A stretch of 53,739 nt of DNA, the filler included, from Asterionella formosa (Eukaryota), in the NCBI GenBank assembly GCA_002256025.1. It is 4 parts of 4 records of this genome, joined end to end, with 100 filler letters (N's around TTAATTAATTAA, not from the genome) between each part and the next. Parts side by side here need not be neighbours in the genome. Positions count along the whole stretch, not along the records: positions 1 to 13,372 come from NKIB01006739.1; 3 more parts are not named here. The stretch is one strand, 5' to 3'. The notes under the pieces are model-generated. The model had not been told where the DNA came from and did not search any database. It saw only the letters and a program-made list of their open reading frames with translations. Shown one piece after another: positions 1 through 12,480 of the stretch; position 1 is the first letter of the stretch; each line of letters opens with the position of its first letter. A program made the position numbers and the translations under genes.

Positions 1-1902
1 TACCAGTCAGACTGTTCCACCACTGAAAATCACGTCCTTTGTCAGCCCAGTCTCCTCGTTCATGCACATTCAGTGTCAGATATATTTCCTCCTGACACGC
101 CTCTTTCATTGCAAGAGCGGTTGCAGTAACTTCAGCGTTTCCTACCAGTTCCTCTACTGCACCAAAGTTACCTTGCGTAGACCAAAATCCAAAGGTAAGT
201 GGAAGATTCATTGCGGAGCAGATGATATCTGCATCTGCTGGTCCCATTCCGGCTTCGTGACAACCCAAAGTAAGCGTTAAAGCATAGCTTAAACCATGCA
301 TGGTCGTTTTTAGTACCACGTACGTATGTAGACTAGATGACTGCCAGTACCGGTAGAATATCTGTTAAGCATCATTACATACATGACCGGAGAAAAAACT
401 TGCCACCAACATCAGATGTATCGATATCATCGTTCGTCCGACAAAATATGGACGATGCGACTACATGAATACCTCGAGAAGACAAGCAATCCAACAATCA
501 ACCGCATCCGTTAGGCAAAGAATCGCTACTGGCGTCATCGCGGAACTGATTTCGCTTCAAACCGGTCATGATGGACGACGATTAGCATGGTGAAAGGTGA
601 ATTGCCGGAGTCCACTTTTCAGGAGACGAACAAAAACGAGGTGAATTCTAGATATAAATTATTGAAATCTGTATAGTATATAAAATGGTTTCCTTAAGTA
701 GACCCCTTGCCGATTTCGGCAATCCCAGCGCTGGAAAACCGAGGGGCAATTGGCGTCTGTTGTCTTGCCAAAATGCGAACATATGAAATATATAAAATAT
801 GTTTTAATGATGGGCAATATCGGACCTTTGGCAATTTTCGAGGTGAAGATAGGAAATATCCAAAATATATTTTATATGATGGGCAATAGTAGGCTAAAAT
901 TGACATTTATGCTAAATTTGTGGGCAGTAGGTAAGCAAATGACGTGACGATAGCTAGAGCGGGAATTGCCTCAACAATACCCTTCTCGGCGGCTACTTGC
1001 CTTCTCGCAGCGCCGGGGGCGCCACTTGTACGGTCAACCTACTCGCGCCACCCAGCCGACTACACATGTATACTCGCAGGCAAGAGACCACCTCGGGCGT
1101 GTATTGCCTTCAGCATTTGGCGATATGTACATGCTGTAGGCAATGAATAAACATATATTAAATTGGTTTCGATTAATTTATTTAGATACTATTTATTTAT
1201 TACAGAAACAGAGTATATGTTCACATCTAGTATCCAGCTCATTAAAAACGCATTTTTTCGAGTACACTGACACTCACATCATAGAAAGATGCTACGTTGG
1301 CTACGTAATCCTGCACATGCGAACAGAAAAGACACTAGTGGTGCCGGCGAATTCATGCAACTAATATCGGAAATAAGGAGTATCAGAAAATCAATGATTT
1401 CATCATGGCTGCTTCTGTGTTGCAAGCAGAGTGAATGATGATGATGAACCAAAAATGCATAACTTTTCACCACCATAATTTGAAGACTGGCCCATCAAAT
1501 CTCACAGATTTGCAGAAAAGCGAAGCATATTGTTCACTATCCTCGAAATATTATGAGGCGCGCAAGCGCGCAATTTCATCTTTGTTTTACAGTACTTTCA
1601 GTTCACATCTAACCTACATTACAAGAATTTAACGGTTCCAGGCAACAAAACAAGGTAACCAGCCACCTATTTTGTCACTGCATCATGCCCACTTCTTTGA
1701 GGTTATGCAAATCATAATTGAGAACTACTAATTCTCTTCTAATAATAAATTCTTATTCCTATGCTTGTTAAGAGTAAGTGGTGGCTAAAACGAGGCATCA
1801 TGGAAAAATGTGAAGATCAAAAAACCCCAAAATATCTTTGTTTAAAATGTAATAGACTAGTTGTCAATTTGAAGTTTATTACATATGTATTCTATATAGA
1901 TA

Positions 1903-1968
1903 AGGGAATGGCTTAGTCGGTTGAGCATGATGCCATTGATTTGAGGTTATGTGGTTCGATTCCCGCAA
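1903..1968 (+). ncRNA. degenerate tRNA-like sequence (pseudo-tRNA or tRNA-derived SINE head)
   Basis: A-box-like TGGCTTAGTCGG (1909-1920) and B-box-like GGTTCGATTCCC (1953-1964) at tRNA-like spacing; no clean acceptor or anticodon stem; a more decayed relative lies at ~29945-30010. Confidence 0.4.
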
Positions 1969-3000
1969 TATTTTTGAGAAGCAGTTGTTGGTTCTTCGAC
2001 TCGCACACTCCTAACCGTCCTGCATGGTGGTCTTGACTGGTGTACAAGAAATATTCGGTTTGCCCCCTTACATGCAGCTTTGTTTCTATCTATAAATCGC
2101 CACAGTTTACCCTGCTGTAGTTGTTTTGAGCGGCCAGAGAATCTGGTATCATGCTGTCTCCGCCTTGACCGTAACGAATTTCTCAATGGAAAATGAAAAC
2201 AACGCTATGCTATTTGGTAACAATATCTAAATCAACATCGATAATACAATCATAAAAAATTATTTTAATAAGAAGACTAATATTGACAACGAAAATTGAA
2301 GTCGCTGATGGCGCATTTCTTCACGTAGTTTAGGCGATCCACAATTCAAAACAACGAAGTTGCGGCCGGCCAAGTTTCAACACTTTCACAGCATGCAACA
2401 TGCTACTCTACAGTAGTCTGTACTAGGGCAAACCAAATTTTGTTATATTCTCTATTTAGAAGTTACCTAAGAGAGTTTGGAAGGGAAAGCCAGCCTAACA
2501 TTTCCGGTAGGCATGGGATGAATCATTGGGAGTGAGTTAAAACTGAAAAAGTGCACATAAAACTTGCACTACCAGACCTTCCAGCAGGGGGGGGGGGCGG
2601 AGTAACAGGAACTGGTACCAGTATGCCTCTATTCAGAGGAAGTTACTCCATGGATGCATCATTCAGCCATCCCCACTCTTAGGCCCTGTCTTACAGTGCC
2701 CGAATTACAAAGATTGAGTCGCCCGGATACCTGTTGTGTGTTTAATCTTCGTATTTTCGTCAAATTCGTATTTCTTGAACAATCTTCGTTTCCTGAAGAT
2801 TAATCTTCGGGCAAACGAAGATTGTCTCCATCAATCAGAATGGCGGAAACAATATTTAATCGTCATCACATATACTGATAATATAGGATTCGATACTTCG
2901 ATACTTCTATCATTGTAGTATTATTGTCATTATTATTACATATTATCAATATAATAATTCTTACTTTTAATATTTTTATTATAAAATAATAATTTGTAAC

Positions 3001-3590
3001 ATGACGAGTCCGCCAACGCTATTGTCAACCTTCCTGGCACATTATCAACAGTTTTTGCAGCCATGGAAGCAACAATGGTTGTCATTGCAACTACCAGCAG
3101 CCTTGCCAGCTGCGTTGCGAAATGAGCTGGTTTCTCAGCTCCATTTAGAAGTTCAATCTGAAAGAGGGAATCAGCAATCGCCATCCAACAATATCTGCTA
3201 AGCGAAAAAGAAAGAAACGACCTCTGGTTTCAAGGGAAGATTCATGTTGGTTGAAGAAGTTCCTAACAAATGAAAAGCGCATCTTACAATTGGACATGAA
3301 CACATGGGAAGCAAGACTCTTTCGCAAAAATTTTCGTCTTCCATTCGACATATTCTTGAAACTGTATGATATGACTATATCAAACGGTTGGTATGATCCG
3401 CACAGGAAAGATTGCACCAATCTTCTGTGCAAGGACCTTGAGTTGTTGCTCCTCCTGGGTGTTCTCTACACTCTAGCAACCATTGCTTCCCTTTTGTATG
3501 TGTTCATTCAAACTGACATCTCTAAAGAGGTACACCGAAAATGTTTCATTCACTGGACTTCAAAGTTTGAAGAAAAGAAGGATGCTCCTT
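3001..3590 (+). pseudogene. Harbinger/plant-transposon-type transposase, N-terminal fragment
   Basis: FRKNFRLPFDIFLKL...LELLLLLGVLYTL...TDISKEVHRKCF resembles the Harbinger transposase N-terminal/HTH region; stop at 3199-3201; DDE core missing. Confidence 0.55.
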
Positions 3591-3702
3591 TTGCCTCTTC
3601 TCTTCGTGATCTGCCAGCAGCATCTCTCGTCAACTTATATTTACAACATCACTGTCTTTCACATCGGGAACCAATTGTATATTCTTCCGAAAAATCTTTA
3701 AA

Positions 3703-4317
3703 GTAAACAAATAGCACAAAGTTGGATCCCTGTATTCCCAATGATTGGGTGGGCTTGGAACAACCATGATTTCGAGTCTGCTGGTTGATTGACCAGGTAG
3801 ATCTACTCCATCTATCATGATTTGACACATTGGATTCTTCTTGTGGAAATTTTGCTTGTTAATATTGCAGACAAATTTGAAATATGCATCCTTCAAACCT
3901 TGTCCACTTGGAAGTTTGTGCAAATCCTGGGCAATGTTTGAACTAGAAATGATACTCTTTTTAAGTTTGTTTCTAATCTCCTGCCACTTTCTCCATAAGG
4001 TATCGCCAGTCATTCTCGATTTATCCTTGGACCCCCATGCATATCGCAGTTGAGTTCTTATGGCGGTATCACACATATCATCATCAAGGTCTTCATCCAG
4101 CCAGAATTCGAAAATACGCTTCAGCCATACCTCGAAATTTCTTCTCCTCCCTAGATGCAAACCTGTGTTGAAGTTCACAATCAGCAGCAAATATAATGGC
4201 AATCTGCACACTTCGAAGCATGTGCACTTGAATGGGGCTGCCTATCCAATATCGAATATGGTTGCAAAAGGAATGCTCCTCCTCAGTTGAGTATTCCGTT
4301 GGTCCTTGAGTCGCCAT
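3703..4317 (-). pseudogene. putative Harbinger accessory (DNA-binding) protein, frameshifted
   Basis: ATG at 4317 (MATQGPTEYSTEEE) shifts into the 3630..4211 ORF (TGDTLWRKWQEIRNKLKK, Myb/SANT-like helix); convergent with the transposase fragment. Confidence 0.4.
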
Positions 4318-5630
4318 TGTGATAGTAGGGCTCTGCTGGTGGTGGGAGCAGAGGAGTCGCCATTGTGATAATAGGGAGATGCTGGTGGTGGGATCAGAGG
4401 AGAAAGGAGATAGGCCAGCCAGTGTGAAGGCCGACCGCCTTACAACAACAGCAACAATGATGATGGAGCATTGAGTGTTGACGATTTTCATTATAATTAA
4501 TTACTATAATATTCCTACAGACCAGACTACTAATTTTCATGTAGGAATTAAATTTCAATTCTTGAGATCGGCCTTTTGACATATGGATTGATGTACTATT
4601 TAATCTTTGGGACCGTAAGGTGGCAAAAAAATTTCCTGAATACAAAGATCGAAGATTTTGCTGTGATAGCTTCGCAGCCAATATTCGATCTTCGTATTTT
4701 GTTGAAAGGTCTCGTACTCCTTCCGGTCTGACAGGTTCCTCTTATGTAGGACTTACCTGTTATACCACTAGCTAGTATTGTTATCTTCTTTCTGCTGCTA
4801 GCCTTCGTGCTAGTTTTCGCTATTGACCTTACTCTGTCAATTCTCACTGTTTCTTAATTATAAGCTTAAACTAAAAACTAAAGTTTCAATCCCATTCATC
4901 ACACTTCGAGAACCTGTTCTTCGTGTTCTCTTTTCGTTGATGTAAGCCTTCTTCTGATTGATCTAAGACATCAATCTCATTAGCAAGCTTCTTGACATGG
5001 GAACGCACCATTTGACTCATTGGACTATATTCGAGTCCACAGTCCTTGTGACTCATTATAGCCATTGATGCTATATTCTTGACAGTATTTCGGGGACAGT
5101 AAGTTTCAGCCTTACATACAATTGGTGCCCCTGAAGATAGGGACATAAATCTGGAATAGAGTGCTTTCGCCTCCGGAAACCAAACCGCCATTTTTGTATC
5201 ATATTTCGGCGATGATACACCAATGACAACAAATAACAGAATGATAAGAACGGCCCTAAGAATGAGTTAGGGGCCATCCTTTCTTGGCTTACAACATAAA
5301 TTCAGCAGGGCCGGGAGTACCATACCAAGCAACGAAAATTTTTAGCAATATTTATCCTAAATTAAATAATTTATTTAAGCAAAATGACCGAAACTTACAG
5401 ACACTCTTGACTTTAGAGATATTTAAATTGTATCAGAACACATGTACATAGGGTCTTAAGCAAAATGACCGCAAGTTGCAGATCCTGTACCTCAGCCTGC
5501 TAGCTCCAGCTAAATATTTCTCAAGAATGCATCTTGCTTGCATCAGATACATGACATCCCGGTATACCGGCAAATATATTCGATGGTGTCGTATTTACAC
5601 TATTTCTTATAGAAGGGATACGAAGCCATC

Positions 5631-5676
5631 TACTGGTATACCGGTAGCTAGACTACCTGGTACCTGGTACCCGGTA
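5631..5676. repeat. GGTACC/TACCWGG/TACCGG motif cluster upstream of the LRR gene
   Basis: tactggtataccggtagctagactacctggtacctggtacccggta, ~220 bp before ATG 5899. Confidence 0.85.
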
Positions 5677-5898
5677 TGGATTCCGTGCGATATTGTTGTT
5701 ACTCCAACCATCTTGTATGGAAGCGAGTGTGCTGAATAAAAGTCATTTGAAACTACCACTAAGGCGGACTTCTTGATCGTATCATTTGCACGACCATAAA
5801 AGTGCCTTGAAAATTAGGACCACATTCAGGAGCAAAAAGTTCCCCAATCAGCCGAAGCCCTAAATTATCCACAGAACGAACTGCATCTAACGACAAAC

Positions 5899-8869
5899 AT
5901 GTCTTCGAAAGGAAACGGTATGTCGAGAGAACAATGGCGCAATCGATGGAACGAAGGACTGGTCTTGGGGGCTGATCTCAACTCCGTATTGATGAGCCAA
6001 CAATTTCCGGTGCATTTCGTCTTGCGGCGCTGGTCCTGACATTCACTACAACTCAATCTCTCACTCACTCTTCGTTCGACGATTGAACCAGGAAAATCGC
6101 GGAAATCTGTTCCTGCAACTCTCCCAGGAGCTGTCAGTGTTCCATTCGAAGATTCGGAAATTCAAGAACCAGAAGCTTTTTCTCCCTCTAACGCTCCGTT
6201 GCTTCCTGCGTCACCTAAGGATACCAACAAGGCGGATGCAGCTGCCAAGGCGGCTGGGAGAAAAGCTACCCGGTCTTCAGTGCCAGGTGTTACCATGATG
6301 GCTGAGGGAGAGCCACCTTTGGAAGGTCCACACAAGGAATCGACGTCAGCCAATAGGTCCAAAACTTCCAAATCGACAAAAGCGAGCAGCGATCGAAAGG
6401 TGAAGCGTGTTTCCGCCGCGACTGTTCCAGGCGCAGTAACCATGGCTTTTGATGATACCAATGGTGTGATGGAACCCGAAGCCAAGATAACAACCACTCG
6501 AAAGAGCACCAAAGGACCGAACCACGAGCCAGACCTTGTTGATGAGTTTACTTCAAAGCAACAGGGAAAATCACGAGGTCAGGCTGCTACTACCCCTGGT
6601 GTCGTGCGTGTCGATCAGCGCAGAACTACAGTCGCCACTGCTTCGTATGGCATGACCAAGCCAGCTCTTTTGTCGACCGGAGAAGTCGTGATGCCTGGAG
6701 CTGTCTCAGTTACAATCGCGGAATCAGCTGGTCTTCGATCCGCGAGTTCCTCTGAACAAGAAGCAAATCTTGAAAGAAAAAATTCTCCTGTTCCGGCGGC
6801 CGTGCTTCCGGGAGCACAATCCGTTAGTGGAAGACATAACAGGGAACAAGATGCCGCTGAACGACGCAAGGACCCTCGTCCGCGTGCTCGTCGCGATGTG
6901 GATTCCAAGAAGTCCCTTTCGGCTGGTGCTGTAGCGGGCGCTTCTAGCGACGATTCGCAGCGACAGCGAATGGAAGCAAAGATAATGACGATGGAAGAGG
7001 AAATCGATCCAGATAGTGGCGAACTCAAGGCCATCGGAAAGGAAACGACGGGCGACGTTTTCAAGACCGGTGATGAGGTGCAGAGGAACGTCCTGAAGTC
7101 CCGCGATGATGATGAACCGACCATTGGATTGCTTCTTCCTGAAGAATCGCCTGATACCGTCACAGCAGCTGATCATGGCCTTTCTGGAGCTCCTGATGTC
7201 GTTAGTGGAACCACACGTGCACCACATGGCGGATCGAACAGCTTCTATGGCAACATCACCGACGAAGGCCTTGCAGTCGCTATTGCCGTTGAAGAAGAAG
7301 AAGAAGAGGAGCTGTTTTTCCCTGCTGCAATTGAGTATGACCCTGATTCCAAGCCGCCCATTCATAAAAATCGTCGATTCCGGGTATATGCCATCGGATT
7401 CATCCTCCTTTTCATTGTTGTCGTTATCGGTGTTGTCGTAGGTGTTGTTGCCGGAGGAGGTGGAAGTAATACCTTTCCGCCCTCTGCATCTCCAACGGCC
7501 AGTCCTTCGTCAAGTTCAGAAGGAATGTATAGGCAGCAATTCATTGATGTTGTTGGTGACGCCGTGATGCTGAAAGGAAGTCCTTACGACAAGGCCGCCA
7601 ATTGGATGATCTCTAACGACTCCGCAAAAGTGAGAAGCGACGCTCCAAACTGGAGGCAGCGATATCTCCTTGCATTGTTCTACTTTCTTACTACCGGCAA
7701 TGGCAAAAATCCATGGCGAACGTGTAACCCCCCTGTTGACACCGAAAATGATTCCTGTGAATTCGATCAAATTTCTCGACAGGCCGATGATTCTTTAGTG
7801 TACATAAAGAAACCTGCTGTCCGTTGGCTAAGTGGCAAGCACGAATGCGAGTGGGTTGGTATTATTTGTGATGAGACCTTAACTATTCGTGTTCTTGAAG
7901 TTTGTAAGTACCGAATTTTTTGTTTGATCGCCGTTGCATTTCCATTCTTAATCAGTGTTCACAATTTATTTCTGAGCAGGGGGTCAAAACATCACTGGAA
8001 CGCTTCCAGTGGAGATCGCCTACATTACGTCCCTTCAGTCCATTTCTCTAGCTTTCAACGAGTTTACTGGAACTCTCCCCACCGAGTTATCTGTCATGAA
8101 ATATCTTCTCAACCTTGAGGTGCATTATAACATGCTCACTGGAACACTTTCAAGCCAACTCTGGGCGTTCAATGCGCTGCAGGGCTTCAATGTTGGCGGC
8201 AATTTGCTGTCGGGCACGATTGGAACCGACATTGGACGAATGACAGACTTGAAGGGCCTTCACTTGTTTGAGAACATGTACCATGGCACACTCCCTACTG
8301 AGATTGGCAACCTCGGGGATTTGACTTATTTTCGTCTTTTTGATAATTCTCTTAATGGGACTATTCCTACTGAGGTGGGAAGACTTACTTTATTGGAAGA
8401 GATGTTAATGAATGATAACATGTTTTCCAGCAATATTCCATCTGAGATTGGACTCTTACAAAACATTGGTGATCTTCGTCTTCATCACAATGGTTTCAAT
8501 GGCACGATCCCCGAAGAATTCTACAATTTTCCCTATATTTACCAATTTGACATCTCCAATGCACCTGACATAACTGGAACAATTAGCACCAGTATCGGCA
8601 AGCTCACGAGCTTGGAGGTCCTGCGTCTGTCGAGTACCCGTATTTCGGGTACTATCCCCAGTGAATTGGGATTGTGTACCCGCTTGGTATTAGCATGGCT
8701 TCACCGTACTGAATTGACCGGATCGATGCCTTTGGAAGTTTGCGTCCTTAATCAGCTTCAGTATTTGCAAACGGACTGCAATCCAGATACTGCACCTGCT
8801 GTCTCGTGTTTACAAGGCTGCTGTACCTCGTGCTGCGACCGCACCACTCAGCAGTGCGTCATACTTTGA
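5899..8869 (+). CDS. single-pass transmembrane leucine-rich repeat protein (diatom type); exons 5899-5917, 6092-7903, 7980-8869
   Basis: Introns 5918-6091 (GTATGT..CCAG) and 7904-7979 (GTAAGT..GCAG) join the ORFs in frame; disordered N-terminus with PGAV repeats; TM helix AIGFILLFIVVVIGVVVGVVAG; QRYLLALFY...ECEWVGIIC cap; plant-type LRRs (LTGTLPTEIG); Cys-rich C-terminal CCTSCC. Confidence 0.9.
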
Positions 8870-9086
8870 TAAATCACGCGTCCCCTCTCTCAGGAATTGC
8901 AAATGGAACAAAGGAGGGAACAACTACCATGTACACCAAGTTATATTCCTACGTACTAGTGTTTTCATGTTAAATTTTCTGATGTTTAGAAACTTGTTAT
9001 ATTTCCAAATCAAACCATCATGTCGTTATATAGTTTGCAATTATTCTATGGCGAGTATAGAATTGATCATAGAATAAGGTTGCACC

Positions 9087-11411
9087 TCACCCTAGAAAGA
9101 CCCCACCACCCATTGTTTTTAGATCGTCGGTTTCAAAGCCGCCTACCTGAAGTTCTTTGGTCAGTTGCTTTCGCAAGGGACAGCGAGACTTACGGTACCA
9201 CCATAATTCAAACAATTCAAGTGTTATTCTTCCATTGCTTTCCTTGTCCATTTCTGAAAAGACAACGCTAAGTTCCTCGTCGTTGAGTGGAAAGCCAAGC
9301 ACAGATGCAAGTTCGCCAATTTCGGTCCGATCGAGGTACCCATTTTTGTCACTGTCAACTGCAGTGAAGACATCAGCGACGCCTTTGTAAATTCCTTCTC
9401 TTAGTTGTGCACCTGCTTTGTTGGAGATGCGACCGGCATACGAGCTTATATAGATGGTGGCGGCCTCAACCTGCTTCGCCTTGACTTCATTGCTCCAGCC
9501 TAACTCCTCGGCCATAATATTTGATACAACTGGAATGGCTTCCATTGCAGCATCCTTGTTGAGAAACGCAAGACGGGTTCTTCGACTCAAAATATCTTCA
9601 ATAGTGCAAGCGTACTCACGGCATGCATAAACCACTTCAGCATCAATGTACGGATAATTTACGGCAAGTGGGATTCCAAATCGAGGCCAAGCTTGACTCG
9701 TCGGCTTTGCATACTTGCAAACCTCCCAAGCACGCACACCGTACGTGTTGACAAGGTGTTTGGCCACATCCTGGGACATGCCATACTTTTGAATAAGCTG
9801 AATGGCAAGAGTATCTGAGTAACCTTCTCCACCCCCAAAGAGTGTAATATCTAGAGTCCTGCATGGCTTCCCGTCAGCAACACGATCGATTGCTTCTTCC
9901 GCCATTTCCCTCCATGTTGTCCACTTTCCTCCAGCAATAAAGATGATGCCAGATTCTGGGTTTTCCGAAATAACATGATCTCGTGACACTGGAGCACCTG
10001 GCGGTGCATGGGGATCGGCTGCCAATGGCCTCCAACCTCGCCACGCACTTAAAACATCAGACCGTCTGACTTGCAAATCAGGTCGTAAGTACTTGCTACA
10101 CTCGTTCAGTATCCACTCCACTTCGTCTTCTGGTGGACTTGGTGATGTTTCTGCTGTGTTTTTAGAGTCCGTAGTTCCAACTAGAGTATGCCCTTGCCAA
10201 GGCAAAAAGAAGAGAAATCTTCCATCAGAGGTGTTATAATCCAAGAGGCCCATGTTGGATGGACAATAGTATCCAGGAAGTACAATATGAGTCCCAGATG
10301 CACCCCTCACAGCGGGCTGCATGTCTTTCCCCTTGGTCTCCATTTCCCTCAATTCGTCCGTGAACGGTCCCCCACAAAAAATGATTCTCTTGGCTTTTAT
10401 AGTGAATTCATCGCCTGTCATTTTATCCAAGGCTTTGATTCCTGTCACCTTGAGAGAATTTTCCTCTCTGATGGTTTCCGTCATTTCTACGTAGTTGGTA
10501 ATGTGAGCCCCATGTTCTGCTGCGCTCAATGCAATTGCAAGGTTAGTTCTCGCATCATTGTGCTGTGCTTCACAAAAGACTGCACAATATTTTAAATCTT
10601 GATGAACCAGCTGAGGAAAAGCCTTGCGTGCCGCGCTCGGTGTTAAAATGTATGACGGTGGACAGTGAAAGCCCGACATGCTGTCATATACCTTCAAAAC
10701 AAAGGGTGCCAAAATGGGAAAGAATGAAAACAGCGGATGCCCAAAGGGAGCAGGTGTAGCATACCAAGATCGGAACGGAATAGCGATTGGAATCCAATTG
10801 CACAGATGCCCCTGTTTCTCCATCATGTACCGTCGTTCTCGGTGACAGTTGATCACCATCTTGATTTCCCCCACGAATTCCTTCATGGAACCGACTGGGT
10901 TAGTCACGGTGTTGACGGTCAAGAGGGAGGCAGCAGCGGTTGCCATGTACCTGATACCAGCCCAAATGAGTTTCGTAGACCGGCTGGACGTTTCCGATGC
11001 AAAGTCTCCCCGTTCGATGCAAGCAACCTTCAATCCGCGAGTCGCGGCATCAAAGGCACAACCCGCCCCTGTGGCCCCACCTCCGATAATCAATACGTCG
11101 TACTCTTCATTGGCTTGTAATCGCTGTACTTGCTGAGCGCGAGAGGGAATTCCCTCAGGCCCGTCCACTGCTCTGGGGAAACTGATAACGGATGTGTGTT
11201 CCAGGCCAACGTCGCGAGCGCTGGAAGCGGCGAAGCGTCTGTTTTGCTGCTGTTGGCTTTTCCAAGAACTGCCGGTTTTTCCGGTAGAAAAGCATCGTTG
11301 ACTCTGTTTGACAAGTAGCAGTCTAGACCCTGACGTGAAGGCGTATACCTGCATCGTTAGTATGACCAGGAGGAGATAGTATGTGCTATGAACAAGGACC
11401 GAACGAGGCAT
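9087..11411 (-). CDS. GPD2: FAD-dependent glycerol-3-phosphate dehydrogenase with C-terminal EF-hands
   Basis: DVLIIGGGATGAGCAFDAATRGL, ETSSRSTKLIWAG, DGRFLFFLPWQG, GGKWTTWREMAEEA, RRTRLAFL motifs; EF loops DSDKNGYLDRTE and DKESNGRITLEL; intronless, 774 aa. Confidence 0.95.
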   Translation of the reverse strand: MPRSVLVHSTYYLLLVILTMQVYAFTSGSRLLLVKQSQRCFSTGKTGSSWKSQQQQNRRFAASSARDVGLEHTSVISFPRAVDGPEGIPSRAQQVQRLQANEEYDVLIIGGGATGAGCAFDAATRGLKVACIERGDFASETSSRSTKLIWAGIRYMATAAASLLTVNTVTNPVGSMKEFVGEIKMVINCHRERRYMMEKQGHLCNWIPIAIPFRSWYATPAPFGHPLFSFFPILAPFVLKVYDSMSGFHCPPSYILTPSAARKAFPQLVHQDLKYCAVFCEAQHNDARTNLAIALSAAEHGAHITNYVEMTETIREENSLKVTGIKALDKMTGDEFTIKAKRIIFCGGPFTDELREMETKGKDMQPAVRGASGTHIVLPGYYCPSNMGLLDYNTSDGRFLFFLPWQGHTLVGTTDSKNTAETSPSPPEDEVEWILNECSKYLRPDLQVRRSDVLSAWRGWRPLAADPHAPPGAPVSRDHVISENPESGIIFIAGGKWTTWREMAEEAIDRVADGKPCRTLDITLFGGGEGYSDTLAIQLIQKYGMSQDVAKHLVNTYGVRAWEVCKYAKPTSQAWPRFGIPLAVNYPYIDAEVVYACREYACTIEDILSRRTRLAFLNKDAAMEAIPVVSNIMAEELGWSNEVKAKQVEAATIYISSYAGRISNKAGAQLREGIYKGVADVFTAVDSDKNGYLDRTEIGELASVLGFPLNDEELSVVFSEMDKESNGRITLELFELWWYRKSRCPLRKQLTKELQVGGFETDDLKTMGGGVFLG

Positions 11412-11719
11412 GAATATAGTGTGCGAGTGCTGATGGATCGGCCGAGATTATTACCTGCCAGCAGCGTTTTCACAGGGTTCACATGTGTGCATGCAATGAT
11501 ACAGAATTTGTGCGATGTTGGCATTCTTTTTCACGATGGTGACGCGGCGACGAGTACGAATCACAACTATACAGTAGTTGCATATGATGCCGCAGCCAAT
11601 CCTCACAGCAGCATCTGGAATGCGTGCGAATCAGCCAATCAGCAGCCAAGAAAAGCAATGCATTGACATACTTCTATTATGCATATAAATTGGCTATTGA
11701 ATAGAAAAAGCTATTACAA

Positions 11720-11857
11720 GTACCGGTATATACATACCGGTAGCATAACTACTGGTATGCCGAGATAATTGTTTGCTCCAAGACAATTGATTTTCATGTC
11801 GTCATGATGTCACCTACTACCAGGTACTCTGGTACCAGGTACCTGGTACCTGGTAGT
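11720..11857. repeat. GGTACC/TACCWGG motif cluster upstream of GPD2
   Basis: taccggta x2, tactggta, and taccaggtactctggtaccaggtacctggtacctggta, 300-450 bp upstream of the minus-strand ATG. Confidence 0.85.
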
Positions 11858-11989
11858 GACTCTCCCTTGATCATGATGTTTCATCATGGTTGATGCACCT
11901 TGCATGCTTCATCTACTCATTTTAGTTACTCTTTGGCACTTTTTGAAAATATTTACTAGTCATTCAGACTAACTCACAATCATACCTGC

Positions 11990-12480
11990 CCCTGTCACCA
12001 TCTCAATCAGTTACTCTACATTGACCCTTGCTTTCTTGACTGAATCCCAATGACAAGCCTGCAAAGCACGGAAAAAAGATAAATCATTTATATTCAAATC
12101 ATGAGAATTTGGCAACTGAGGTGCATGTGAGTTAGATATTCCATTCCATGATACTTCCACCATCAATGATGAATCTTTGACATTCTGGGCCAAAATGAGT
12201 TGTTGCATTATCATGTTGAAGGAATACTGTTCTGGATTCAAGAGTTCCATCATTAGGCCATATAGCATGGATCACCAGAATTACCTTGTTCATGATATTA
12301 GCTTCTTTGTTTCTAGAACACGCCTGTCTCTATTTGCCGCTTTCCTCATCACCACCATTGCCCAGGTAGCATTATATCTTGGTCTCAAAACAGCACTTTA
12401 AAAAACATGAGGGACTTTTTAATACAAGATTTGTGACTAACATTTCTTTTGAGAGGTAACTCATCTTGCGCCAAATAGAA
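11990..12480 (-). pseudogene. Tc1/mariner-superfamily transposase remnant (plant/oomycete mariner-like)
   Basis: QLPNSHDLNINDLSFFRALQ resembles QPPNSPDLNVLDLGFF; an upstream frame gives SAVLRPRY (KVMFLxAVARPRY-like); multiple frameshifts. Confidence 0.7.

Larger units (their letters stand above)
2682..4720. mobile_element. PIF/Harbinger-type DNA transposon remnant, internally deleted, with convergent two-gene layout
   Basis: Left end TTA|GGCCCTG; subterminal TCTTCG/CGAAGA repeats at 2747-2823 and 4648-4700; + strand transposase N-terminus and - strand accessory ORF; right end approximate. Confidence 0.55.

Noticed and set aside
62..1632. Short ORFs and small palindromes (e.g. ttgccgatttcggcaa at ~707-722)
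   Set aside because: No protein motifs; paired TIRs or TSDs could not be defined.
4886..5191. 101-aa ORF near a TIR-like end
   Set aside because: No recognisable domain; probably a TE fragment.
6615..7365. Antisense and alternative-frame ORFs over the LRR, GPD2, ANK and mucin genes
   Set aside because: Shadow ORFs of real coding or repetitive sequence with no recognisable motifs.
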